Shown here: positions 1 to 13,499 of the stretch, one piece after another
Layout: each line of letters starts with the position of its first letter
Numbering within the stretch: the stretch's first letter is position 1
DNA from: Balanoglossus misakiensis
Taxonomy: Eukaryota; Animalia; Hemichordata
Assembly: GCA_040954595.2 (NCBI GenBank)
Contig: CM082580.2
Location: 3,152,783 to 3,216,782, forward strand
DNA: 64,000 nt
Reading direction: 5' to 3'
The notes under the pieces: model-generated
What the model saw: only the letters and a program-made list of their open reading frames with translations
Databases searched by the model: none
Told to the model about the DNA's origin: nothing
Position numbers and translations under genes: made by a program

Positions 1-219
1 CCTTCTACCACAGTATCCTTTCTTTTCTCACTTTTGCTTAAATGTTTGAATAGCCATTACACAGCACAGTTTAAATATGTCCCTGGACTCTCACAAGCTT
101 ATCATGGGTCACAAGAAAATGTTACATGTCATGAAATTAACACTATCCACTAAAGGAAACTGTAATGGCCACAAAATTACCAAAATATTGTCAGTATTTA
201 GTCATTGTAGCATCATAAT

Positions 220-311
220 CAATCTGATTAAAATCAGATGTAGGGAACGGCGACGTGGTTTTTTTTTTAAAAACACGTCGCCGTTCCCTACATCTGATTT
301 TAATCAGATTG
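220..311. mobile_element. 92-bp MITE with perfect 38-bp TIRs and 9-bp TSD (Mutator-like)
   Basis: 220-257 is the exact reverse complement of 274-311; catcataat at both 211-219 and 312-320. Confidence 0.85.
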
Positions 312-1223
312 CATCATAATATTTTTTCTCCGTACTGCTTCATCTCATGAGTTGATCACCATTCCACATCTACAAAAAGTTAGCCTTTTTACTGAGCCGA
401 ATGAAAATTGTCATGTTAATTTACAAACTCTATACCCTGCAGTGAGGGGGAAATGTCATTTTTTGACCACATATAACACTACTATAAATATAAAATATTA
501 AATATAATGACAATTATAATTATGATTGTTTAATTTACACTTCATGAGTTAAATTTAGGACTCTTTGTCTTCATAATAATAAGCGGTGATATTCAATTTG
601 ATGGGACTTCATGAAAGACCGCAGTTGCAAAAAGCTGCTAATAATTCTTTCAAATTTGACCTGCATCATCAGATCAGATTTCACTTGATATTTAAACCAA
701 TCTTGCATGTTTTCTTTCGTATTCTATTGAGTGTTTTTTTTGGAAAATACCAGCCTCTTTGACAAACTAGAAGTGACCAGAGCCACCGATACTGGAATTG
801 GCAAATCAAGAACTTCAGTACTCAGGAAAAAACATGTTTACTTCTACATTTCTGTTTACTGAAAGCAAAATGTGCAACCAGCGAAAGTTGACGAAATTGA
901 TGTGTTTTGATAATCCTCTTTCATGCACACCAGGTGGGCGACTTTTATCCAGATCTTTGCTTTCAGTCGAACAATAGCATTCCTCAACATGCACAGATGA
1001 CACCTGAACAGGTTGTATGCAGTTTCAGATTTACATGACCCTGCAGGGTACAAGAGATTATAGGACCCTGGGAGGGAGAATTCACAAGGCCCTGGGAGGG
1101 GACATCAGAAAGGGCATTTACGGATCCTCTCTGGGCAAAACCAAACACCTTTAAGAAGATGAATGCACTGATGGTGATGAGGCGATATCCTGTGGTCAAT
1201 GTAGCATGCATTTAGGCAACATA

Positions 1224-1399
1224 CTGTAAAACACTTTATTTTCGCGAGTTGAAATGTTCGCGATATCGAGAGAGGCCACTGTTTCGCGAGTATTAATTTT
1301 CGCGTTCTCTTATTTCATTCACAGCATTGTTATCTTCAAACAAAATTTCTGGACTTTTTATTTTCACGCTATTTTGGGTCTCGCGTAAGTGTTTTACAG
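1224..1399. mobile_element. MITE family A (TA|CTGTAAAAC...GTTTTACAG|TA; Tc1/mariner/pogo-like)
   Basis: TIRs and TA flanks; related copies at 18663, 22210, 23449, 55830, 60581, 62474. Confidence 0.8.
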
Positions 1400-4300
1400 T
1401 ATTGGGCCAATTGCTAATAAGCTGTACCTTTTCGCTATGTTTTAAGCATTTTTGTTTCATGTATCTCTTGTTCAAATTCCTGAAACCGGATGAAATGTCC
1501 AGCATTTAGCTTAATTATCAACAGACCATATATTTGTAAAGTCAGCATTGTTATTGCACCAAATTTGAATTCAAGTCTGGACTAGAATTCAATTGCCAAC
1601 AATAACAATGGCAGTTACACACATACAGGCTATGTTAACAAGTGGAGTAATGGGTATATTAGCATGTTGTATGGAGTAGAACAAGAAATTGCATCTGGTA
1701 CACACAGACAAATAAGCACTTTGATATTGCTCACATTATATGTGGGAAGGGCATCAGATCACTTTTGCACTGACCTTCAACTAACACCTGATTCATTTGT
1801 ATTTTGCTATTTTGATTCTCAAAAAACCTTTCAGAGTACAAGGAGAATGTAGCTGTCATCCTGTGACAGAGTGATGTCTCATTTCTATTCATGTAGTCAA
1901 AGTGAAATTGGATTGTGACACCACAAAGTCTGGCTTGTAACAATTAAGAACACCTCCATTTACAATTGACATTGGCGTAATCAATCACATCCACAGATAT
2001 TCACTGTAAACTGTTGCCATGACAATACACACATGAGAATATCAAGAATATAAACAACATTTGTTCAAAATGTCACAGTTTGATTTTTTTCATATTTTCA
2101 ACTTGATGACAGACAAGTTTATTGTGTTACAGTCCCTCCAGTATTAGAGGGACTGTGGCTGTATTATATGGATAAACAATCACATCAGTAAGAATGACTA
2201 TGCTCTTTTATTTGTGTGCTTGAGAAAATGAGTATTAAAGAGCCAATATGTCAACAAGGCAGTCTTTCACATAAAATCTACAGGTAGTTGTCAGTTGACC
2301 ACATACAAAAGATGAGAGAGAGGGAGAGACAGAGACTGACTGACAGCCACCAGACCATGAATATGGATGATACCAGTAAATATGCAGAATGACAGAGACA
2401 GCTGATGTGAGAGTGATAGACAGGCAGATATTAAAGAGACGAAAGTTGCAGAAAAGAATGGATTTGTTAGAATAAAGAAAAAGAATATACTAGTTGAGAT
2501 TTGGACCTAACCAGCACACAACGTTTTCAGCAATTTTGATTCCCTCTTAACAGATTAATTTTTAACCATTTTTGCTTTGAGTCGAAATAAAAGCTATACT
2601 AGATGGACAACAATAGACCAGCTGTATACATGCTTTTGTGTATGCATAAAAAAGCTACTTTATATCTGCCTATACAAAATATTTTGCTGAGTTTCAGTAA
2701 AGCTCAAAAAACAAATATGCTAACTGGGGCAAAAAAAATAATCTAATCTCCCTCAAAAGTTTGAGCAACATATTAAACATTTAGGGACTGAGACATATAT
2801 ACTTTATAACTAGCCAAATTATCAATAAATAGTTTACAAATAAAAGTAATGCAGTATGTCAGTCAGATATTGACATCCATGTAGCATTTTGCTAATTTTA
2901 GTCATCATGGAAAAAAGTGATCGCGGCTACCCTTTAAATTCCACAACACTTCCAACTCCCCTTTCTAGTCACATATCACAATATATTCATACATATGTTG
3001 CTTAATTGGGGTGGGCCCTTGGTCGAGGCATCAGCTCCTACTAGGAGAAATACGGAAATACTTTTCTATATTAGTTCATTGTTTCTTCATCTTGTGTTTC
3101 CTGAAATAGTATGTTGGGTTACAGGGAAGAAATGACTTGAATTTAAACTCGAGACTTTGTCACCTTTCTTCAACAAAGTGAAAATAATGATGTTCTGATG
3201 CTGTTCATTGTAGGATATTTCCTGTTTATCAGAGCAAGAAGGATCCAGTTGATCAAATAAGGTCATCTGTATACTTTCACTGAACTATGCACCTTTGTAC
3301 ATTGCTATTGGCATGTTTTCCATTTGTAATCACATATATTAAACACAGAAATACTTATACCTGCCTTGAGGTTTTGTTATCCTAGCCACATAGAAAGCTG
3401 TAACAAAAGTTGAACCAATTTCTTTTTTTTTTCAAAGCCGGTTTTGAACATAACTGAGTTGCAGATGATCTCTAAAGATTTTGTTGAGAAAGTCAATTTT
3501 CAACCTCAAGAGAAAATGCAACAAGTCAATTATGTCAAGACATTTTTTTCTTGCTGTCAGATTTTCTGAATTTCTACAGGTAAACAAATGATGTCACCCC
3601 AGGAGATGCTCTGTACTAAATCATCTAATGATAAAATTCCAACACTTGACCCCATATAACATCCACAACTCTGCCAAGCATTATTTTCAATCATACTTTA
3701 CTATTCCATAAGGTATATGACAAACCCTTGATGACCTCGATATGTATTTAATTGGTGCCCACGGTTTGTTAGGAAGAAAAGCTTGGCCTATTTCCAGGGC
3801 CCCTCAATCATATATGACCAAGGGCGTACGAAATATGTATCAGGGTTGGAAAGTTCACATTTCTATTCAACCACACGATCTCTTTTTAAGTATGATGACA
3901 TGGATATCTGAGAAAACCAACTCACTTACAAAGTTACAATGTACACCTTACTGCATGTAATTAAAGTGTCCTAAAAGTTTAAATACTAAGTAGAGATGAC
4001 TTAACAAGTTCTTGGCTGAGCAGATTTTGAGCAGAATGTCTAATAAAAAGTCACAGGACACAGTGGCAAATTTAAAAGCAGTTGTAAAAATGATTTCTGA
4101 AATCAAGATTTACCTACCAAAATGAAAGAAATTGCCCCCAAATATAATAGTGCGGAATCATGATAATTTGTATCAATTGTCACCACCTTCCCTGGTTGCT
4201 TATTTTTCTGTTTCAAACATGCAAGTAAGGCTAGGCAGTGATCTATAGGCCTTTCAGACCATTCAAATCATGAATGGAGAATTTGCAGGTTAAAAATGTT

Positions 4301-4781
4301 CTGTGCAGATGGCCAACTCTAACTCACTGAGCGCTTCACCAACATTGATTTGCGGTAATGAAGAAACAGCAGGTGAATCAAAAGAATGATAAAACCCTTC
4401 AAGCAATCAATCAAATAGTGATATCTTGTCACGTCTGGCTGAAGAATCTCATACATTGGCATCAATGGCTCGGCCATGTCCAGACTTTGAAAATGATGAC
4501 TGATCTGGCACATAAAATGGTACAAGGTTTATGCTCCAGTAACATCTAATGAGATACAAGATACTAAAAATGTTGGGGGAAGTCACCTTTCTGCCATAAA
4601 CTACCAAAGGTTATGTTTAATGCATTAGGGGTCAGGGCTGTTAAATTCAGGTCAGGCTGTTACAATTGCTTCATCCAAATTGTCTTTCAGCTGTCTTCTG
4701 ACTATGAGAACTTTCTCATTAGATAATTATACATGCATGCTAATTTTTGTTGAAAGAATCGCAACATTTAGATCCCTCCAG

Positions 4782-5785
4782 TATTGTTTTGCTCATGTGG
4801 AATTTAGAGTATCTTCTTCCTTGAATTGTATAGGTTAGTTACATGTTATAATAATGGAAATATGAGTCAAAAGGTCTGAGAAGTTATCAGATACTCAATA
4901 AAGTCATATATGAGAATATAAAAATGATTCCATAAACTCCCCCTAGTTTGACAAAGAGGAGATAATGATAGGTGGAAACATATGTACATATGATTTATGT
5001 TATTGTACATATGACAACTTCCACCCTGTTTGCAGGATATGAGAGTAAAAATCTTGCCAAAATGAATAAATAGTAAACACTGATTATTCATTTCGGCGAG
5101 TTTTTCACTCTCGTGTGTGCAAGTGGGATGGAAGTTGTGTGTGGTTGAATGTTGATTCACTATATATCCACATGAAGAATAACACAAACAGTGTCTTGTA
5201 TCAAACATAAAATAATGGGAAAAGGGCAGTGAGAGAGAGACTTTGTCCCTTTAATTGTCTGTCAAAGAACTGGTGAAAAAATATTTTATTGTTTTGCTCA
5301 TGTGGAATTTAGAGTATCTTCTTCCTTGAATTGTATAGGTTAGTTACATGTTATAATAATGGAAATATGAGTCAAAAGGTCTGAGAAGTTATCAGATACT
5401 CAATAAAGTCATATATGAGAATATAAAAATGATTCCATAAACTCCCCCTAGTTTGACAAAGAGGAGATAATGATAGGTGGAAACATATGTACATATGATT
5501 TATGTTATTGTACATATGACAACTTCCACCCTGTTTGCAGGATATGAGAGTAAAAATCTTGCCAAAATGAATAAATAGTAAACACTGATTATTCATTTCG
5601 GCGAGTTTTTCACTCTCGTGTGTGCAAGTGGGATGGAAGTTGTGTGTGGTTGAATGTTGATTCACTATATATCCACATGAAGAATAACACAAACAGTGTC
5701 TTGTATCAAACATAAAATAATGGGAAAAGGGCAGTGAGAGAGAGACTTTGTCCCTTTAATTGTCTGTCAAAGAACTGGTGAAAAA
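4782..5785. repeat. Tandem duplication with a 505-bp period
   Basis: 4782-5280 repeated at 5287-5785; the ORF track shows identical 113-aa translations 505 bp apart; each unit includes the right part of a family-B MITE ending gactttgtccctttaa. Confidence 0.95.
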
Positions 5786-8068
5786 CGAACATGATCGAAA
5801 TCTCACACAGTTTTAATCCACTGGGGAGCCAATGTCACTTAACTTGGAGACAGTGTCATTTAGCTGGGAGCCTGATTTCACTAGATTTCAACGTCACATG
5901 GATAGCAACAAAGATATGTAGTTACAAAATGTAGGTTGGATATATTCTCAGGCTCAATACATGTCTGTTTTTGGGGCATCTTTAAACATTTCTTTTGATC
6001 ATCGCTGTCAGTAATGTTGTCTTCTCACATGATGTTCATGATAGAAGCCAAATTTTCCCATCTAAATCCAGCCAATTACAAGTAACACACCAAGGGTCCC
6101 AGGAAAAGATATCTTTTTATCCCAGACATATTGAACCTTCCATCAACCAAATTACAATGCTAATAACAACTGGCAGCAAATAAAAGTGATTTTCATTGCC
6201 AGAAAAGAGACAAAACATAGTTCACAATCATCTCTAGCATCTCCAACAATGACAGGCAAAAACGGATTAACTCATTCACCACCTACGGTATGAAGATAAA
6301 ACCTATCCATGTATCTACAAGACAACTGTACCTGGATGATACAGTTTCACTTCCCATGAAATTGAGAACATTCTCCGCCTGTACAACATCTAGTTGCTTA
6401 GACACTTGAACTCAAAACGTGATATCGTCCCTCTCAGATGTATCAGGCTATTAACCAGAACATTGATCTCACTGTTCTCTCTGTATGCCATAAATACCGG
6501 TACCTGAGTTTCTGTTCACTTTGTTGTCAGAAACACAAATGTTGCTCAAAAACTAACAGAGACAACTGCTGGTATTACATGTATCTCCAAGTGATTATAA
6601 CCCCACAACAATTAATAAATTGAAAACATTTCATTTAAATGTTAAATACTACCTCCAGGCAAATTAATTTACCAAAGGAGTACAAAACAAAATGCTGGTA
6701 CAACCATTGGCATTACTTTTTTGGATTTCATGGAATGACTGTCCTTCTGTATGTGATCTCCTTGACTACCATTGTACTTGTATATATCAATTCGAAAGCA
6801 CCAAAACAAACGGTAACCATTAAGCCAAAAGAACATGCCGCAAAACCCTACGTATCAAGCAAATCACAGAAGCCCACAGAATAACTTCTGATATTCCAGG
6901 TAGTCAAGTGATTAAGGTAAATGAAATATTTCAGGAAAGAGACAATGTAATAAGTAATACATTAAATTACTAAACCCCACAACACAGATTCCTTTATGTA
7001 GAGCAATGTCCCCACACAGTTTTAAATAATCTTCCTGAGTCTAAAACGTTCTTTAAAAGAGGAGATTGATTTATGTCTGGAAGAACCTGAGTGGTGATAC
7101 AGTTGAAATCTAGAACTGGGTCACATTTCTTGCCATTTGGCAAAATCACTCCTACGCTGTTGGATTTGTGCAGGCAAGTGAACCTTCAGGCAACATGAAA
7201 TCAGGACATGATTCTAGGTCTACTAGCTGTCACTGGGTATCTTTGACGGAGGCCAGGAAAGATAGCAGGCATGGTTTAAATAGTCTCTGAAGCCTCACTT
7301 GCAAAACACGTCCACCCACAGACACTGCAAACAAACGTGTCTAGTGACTATGGTGGAACACACTTCAGTACACATTGTCACCAATATTACCATGGAAACC
7401 TATGTAGACGGTTCAAACTATTGTGTTACAAGGGTTCATAGCTATCTTACCTATTGCAGCACCACCTACAAAAGTAGCCAGTCCTATATAGGACATGTTT
7501 AAACACTTCACTCAAGCTCATTTCTCCAGCCTGTGCTCCACTTAAACTCACTTGAACAAATTTCAAATAAATGGCTTTTTTTCAATATTTCGTTTTAAAA
7601 AACAAGTGTAAACTACTAATACAATATATCATACCTACAATGTCTATTAATACTAGAATGAATGGCAAAGATCTGAGTACCGGTTCTCATCACATCAATC
7701 AGTGAGTGTTCGTTTTATAATGCTAACTGAAATGTTCGCAATAGCACAAACACATACAATGGAATGTACATGGGTTCTTTTAATAGCAGCTACCTACATA
7801 TTTTCAGGAGTCAATTTCCCTCAAAACAACCTTGTGGAGTGACAGTGATCATAAGCAAATCATGTGATAACTAGATAACATTATTTTAAAGAGATTTGTG
7901 GTTAAAAACAGTCCACCCACAAGTGATGATGGCCCATTGTGTTCAATGCGTGGGTGCGTCACATTCCCTCATGAGTAGGTGTGGTGGGCAAACGTAACCG
8001 TCATGTGATGTTTTGCAGGATTTATCACAATCCAATACAGACCTTAACATAAACAACCCTTTTTTGTC

Positions 8069-11000
8069 TTATTCATGGGAGCTACGGTCATCACTACTAG
8101 TGAAACCTACAGGAGTCTGGTATCTTTTGCGTGAAAAAGATATGGCTTGATGTTAGAAATACATACATATAGTGATTAATGAAATACTTGAGAGATGAAT
8201 CCAGGGTTGATCACAAAGTTGTGTAAAAACAGGGTTTTATGTTACTCGACGCTAAAAGTGGCTATAGTAGTCATGTGATGCTTTAGTCAATAAATCCCCT
8301 GATGAGGAATGTACAGAACATGACTTGGCAAAAAATAACTTTAAACGGTGCAGTAATTCAAAACAATTAGACAGACAAAAATAGAACACACCATACAAGA
8401 CAAAAACTGGCAAGGCAAGATTGATTCAAATTCGCATTAAATTTAAACACACAATACTTCATCACAGCTATATTTAGTTGCAGGTGCTTGGTGTAAAATA
8501 ATTGCTATGTTTAATAAACAGGCTCATGGAAGAGTTTGTCGGTACCGAAGACAGGTAGTTCACCCTATAATTGTCACAAATGGAATTTGTATTTCAAGAT
8601 TTATGCTTTGCATATTTTCAGCAAACATACTTTAGCTTTATGATTAATGGAAACTGTATTTGGAGTGAAAAATGGTAGCTTTACAAAATCTAAACTTACA
8701 CTTAGAGTACCTACAGTGTACAAAAATCACAAATTTTCTCATGCCATCAAAGGTCAAGGGTCACCTGATTGACCCAACTTCCCACAAGAAATTGACAATG
8801 GTTCTTCTGCAAATAAAAGATTGAACGGGATGCGAAATGTACCAGTATGATATATGGAGTACTTTAACCTGAAAAGTATCAATATTCGAAAGCACAGATA
8901 AACATGGTCACTGAAGTTATTCAGAACTATTTTGGTTACGGCAATGCTTTTAACCCTTTCATCCCCAGTTTCCTCTTTAGAGGTCCCACTTTACCATAGA
9001 AAACAATGGGCTTATATTTCAGTTGGGGAAACACTCAGGGAACGAACATGCCTCGCCAGGCTGGTTTCGTTGGACCGGGTTGCCCTGGCAATCGGTCAAT
9101 ATACATTCACCAGCCTACCATACATTATAGGATGTATCCTATTCGAATCAATGCATTGCAGCATGTAATATACAAAGAACTTTAGCAGCCTCTCAAAACC
9201 TGAGAAGGAACACTTATGGCTAGTCTCATGGAAACCCCTTGGTGGCGCTAACACTCATCTGAATACAACCTCACTCCCTAGGTACATTCAAAGAAATGAG
9301 ATTCTCCGAAAGGAGGTTGGATTAATACATACCTGTCTAATTCCTCTAGTTTGGGTTCCCAGACATCTTCAACTCTGAAATACAAGACAGTTTAATAAAA
9401 TGATGGTGTGAAGATATTTAAATTCAGACATGATTTTGGACCACAGCATGCAGCACGAATTCTAATGGCAGGCAAAATAATTGTTCGAAATTTTTCAAAT
9501 TAAATGTATTTTTTTGTTGTTGCCAAAATGGCAACTGTTCAACTCTGCAGATGGTTTTCTAGAACTTTTCTCTGAAAAGTTGCTGTCTTGGACCACATGG
9601 TTTATATCCTTAGTCATTGAAATTTCATGACTCCATCAGGAGCTTATGAATCCTGGGATCAATTGTACAGAGAAGAAAACACACTATACTAGATGACGAT
9701 GAATACTCAGGCCATGATGCAATTTCTCTGAGATTAGTTTATCATTAAATCTTTAACTGAGCAAGGTACACACTGCTGTCTTTATCAATTAGTTTGTTTG
9801 AAAAAATCACACTTCAGTTAATTGACTTCACTGAGCGATTAAGTTTGTCTTAATCTCCCTGTCTCAGTTCCTGGTCTTGGAAATACACGTTTCCGATTCA
9901 TCAATTTTTATGCTATCATTTCAACTGAGTGCAAATCACTCTGGGAAGCAGCATAAAAACCAAGCCACTGGTTTTATCGGAACACTGCAGATCACTTGAA
10001 TGCACATCTTTTGATGTTTCTTTAATGGTTGATCCAATCACCAGATGGGCAATATATCTGAATTTTACGGCCAGGTATTTAATCTGTCAATGTTCAAATC
10101 AATAGTACAAGTACACAGGATGACTCACTGTTCCTAATGACCCTTATCACCTTTGTAGCACATTACACTTATATACACCTCTCTGGTCATTGCTGAGGCA
10201 ATTTCAGCCCAACTTGACAACCGCATGGCTTTTGCATATTACGAGTAATGTCTTATCATTTTGTTCCTAAACTTTTATGCCTGTGTATTCAGTGAACATT
10301 ATTTACACTTCAGATTGCAGGTCTATAAGTAATCATGACACAACTCCATACCATAATAGCAAGTACCATATGCCAAGTATACAAGTAACGACCATTATCA
10401 AAATAAAATAAAGTATGAGTTTGAAGGTTTGGTTTGGCCATGTATCAAATCAAGAACAAACCACCAGTCTATCTTTTTTTCTTTTGTAGCAGTTTTGTAA
10501 TTTAGCTCAATGGATTTGACCATTATAATATATTTTACCAGCAATTTTATATCCTTTTTTCATAAATTTGGAAGTAAAATTCTGATTCAATATTTGTAAT
10601 TTGTTTTAGCTTTCAATGATAGAATTTTTTCGAACTCCTTGAATTATATTCTGATCATCATGCCTCAGTTCTTCTCATGAAGTAACAACTGACTGTGCAA
10701 CTGTCGTCTGGCACATTGTAGTTTCTGTTTGTATAATACACATTGCACTATTGGATAACATTTAGTGCGCATTGGCAAAAGAACACTTTGTCAACCAATC
10801 AGCGCTCGCGTCATATTACAGCTTTCGATTCTGTGAGAGTGTGGGATCGATTTGTTCTCACACTCTGATCCCACACTCTCACCATGCCAGGAGTGTGAGA
10901 ATTTATAAATCCACTGGTAAGAGAATCCATTATATGTATAGCAGACCAAAAATACAACACTACCTTTTGTAATATATCTGAGTGTTTTGATGGAGGTTCT

Positions 11001-12369
11001 TCATCTTTCTCTTCATGATTTCAGCACAAGTTACAGCCTTGGTAACTGAATGCCCACAACCATTCCATACAATCTTTCTCACTTGGTCCTCCTGTCAGAA
11101 ATATACACAGATCAGTCAAATCATTGATTGGCCTGAGGAGGATGGTATCAGATTCATACCACAACCCTTGAAATGCAGACCACAGTAACTGAGTGTTGTA
11201 TTAATAACATGACCCTAAATGTACACTTTGTTTGGCAACAGGAATTCCATGTAAACTTTGCAAACCACAACTGTAAGACAGACGCAGCTGGAGTTCAATT
11301 TACTTCCATCTGTCTTGAGTTAATGTCAGGCTTATTTCGGAGTTCAGTTTTCATACTTGATCAAGACTTGATTGCTTTTTAAGTGATTAATTCCTTGCTC
11401 ATCATTTACTTATATGTCAGCCAAGTCGGTGGTTGTGTCTAAAGTGGGCTTCATATCAGAAACTTAAATTAAAGCCCGAAAGTTTATCCAATGTGGACAC
11501 ACTTTATATCGGACCAGTCAGATTATCTTGGTCCTGGTAAGAAAGGGGGTTAACCGGTTTAGTTCTGGTACGTGTAAAATCTGAATCAGACTAAATTCAC
11601 TTTTTGTGGATGGCCCGGTCCCAGATGACACCCAAACAGTTTATTTTGGGGGAAAACGCATAAATCCTCCAGGTGTTATATGTTTTGCCAATTTCATTTC
11701 AATTTTGTTGGTTACTCATTCATTTGTATTATAATTTTGTTGGAGGCAGTTGGTTAAATTGAGTCCACTCGATTCCAGAAATGAACTATAGAGGGCAGCA
11801 GACTAAGACACACAATGAGATTTTACATACTAGTACATGTCAATTGGCTCATGAGCACAGCTGACAGAAAATTTTAAATACTTCTTACAATTACATACAC
11901 CAAATATTTATATCTCTCACTGTCCGTCAGTTGATGATGAGTAAAAGTTAGAATGTCAATAGTTGCTTGTGCCTTTGAGACCAGGCTCACACTCACCTGA
12001 CTTAAAACACCGTCATAGAAACACTGTTTTTCATTATTATAATCACTGTTTTGTTGTTATTGGGACCTCACGAGTCATGTGCTTCATAATTTGAGACTGA
12101 AAGTCTCTTGCAAATTACAATGTTTTTATGAGACATTGAACTTTTGATGTGGCCCTTACGTTGTCACATGTTTGGTACCTTGAGACACATAGAGCAAAAT
12201 CAAACAAACCATACCTTTATCTTTTTAAGGGCAAATCCCATGAGATTCCATATTTTACTACCATACAGCACTCTCATCTGAATAACTTCATTGTTTTCTG
12301 TTGTTTCCAGATTGGGAGGCGAGTCTACAATGCCTACTTCCACAATCTCTCCTCTTTCATAATGTTCCA
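8069..12369 (-). CDS. RPP25L: Ribonuclease P/MRP subunit p25-like (Alba-domain) protein; spliced, about 155 aa; may be partly degenerate
   Basis: Minus-strand exons 12369-12215 ((M)EHYERG...QMRVLYGSKIWNLMGFALKKIK), 11091-10964 (EDQVRKIVWNGCGHSVTKAVTCAEIMKRKMKNLHQNTQIYYK), 9374-9333 (VEDVWEPKLEELD), a divergent candidate 8868-8782, and 8123-8069 (YQTPVGF...stop). Phases are compatible and motif order matches RPP25L (MEHY, MRVxxGSKIRNL, KAVSCAEIVKRR, LHQ, EDxWxP, GYQxP). Confidence 0.85.
10690..10905 (-). repeat. Interspersed repeat fragment, reverse-complement relative of 42470-42856
   Basis: Shared blocks such as ctgtcgtctggcac, ttggataacatttag and tgccaggagtgtgagaa. Confidence 0.7.
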
Positions 12370-13499
12370 CTGAAATAAACAAGTATGTACACATTAGAAC
12401 CACTTGTTTTTTTATTCATTGATCAAGTTGATTAAAACATAAAATAAACTAGATATTAAGTAACACATGATGCCAGTGTTTCATTCAGACAATAAATGGC
12501 TCACAACAGATAGATTAATGCACAGAGGGTTACTCCTGTACTACTGTAGGAAACCTATAGTAATGCAGCAGTCAATGCCAAACCCCAGTCACCTCACCCT
12601 GGGGCATAGTGGGGGATTTGTAAACTAGTCTTATGAAATTTGCTAAATGCCCCTGCCCCCTCCCTTGAAAATTTCCAGGAAAACAAATCCCCAACACTCT
12701 TCCACCTTGGTGATCTTTAGTGGGGCGTTAATAAATTTTGCATTTGATAGTGAAGTTGTCTATAAGCGGTCAATATGAAGCAGTTGCCCCTCTCCTCAGG
12801 CTTTTTCATGGCAAACCACATCTAATCCAATCCAATATGTAATTGCTGTGCCCCCCCTACCCCCCCCCCCCCAGACAGACAGAGCCTATGGCTATCCTCA
12901 CTTATGACTTATGAGTACTCTAGACCATCTTGGTCCATGGGTACCAATAATTAATTTGTAATGTACCAGATATATAAATCTTCTAAGTATCATTTAAAAA
13001 TATTACCATTATAACAGTGTACCATCCAGGACATCAACAGGGGGGAAGATGTCCACCTTTGTCAGATTTTTTTTTTTTTTTTTTTTTTTTTTGGGGGGGG
13101 GGGTCCACTTTAGTTGGCATGATGGAATGTGGTACCTCCAGGTGACATGCATGTTAAGCATCACTGACCTCCCCCCCCCAACAAATTGCTAGGGATGCCA
13201 ACATGTTAAGAAGGGTGAATCTCCCCGGGGCCCTTGCAATGACATCATGTTAATGCGCACTGTACTGGTCCTCCCTTGACAAATTGTTACGGGTGCCAAC
13301 ATGTCAAGAGGGGATGAATCCCCCCCCCCGGACCCGTCTAGATGAAACACTGTTATAATAATGGATACAATATATTTTGTACCAACTTCCACCAACGCCC
13401 CCCCCCCCTAACACACATTGGTAAACCCCTAAGGACTCTACTTGTGGAGGTGAAACAATCAACGAATTCAGTGAATGCTCTTTGCATGGGGTATATGAG

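Noticed and set aside
815-1211. Possible minus-strand exon(s) near the window start
   Set aside because: An acceptor-like site exists near 1190, but no frame gives a recognisable protein and RPP25L already terminates at 8069.
4867-5713. Two identical 113-aa ORFs as duplicated genes
   Set aside because: They are translations of MITE sequence inside the 505-bp duplication and show no protein-like motifs.
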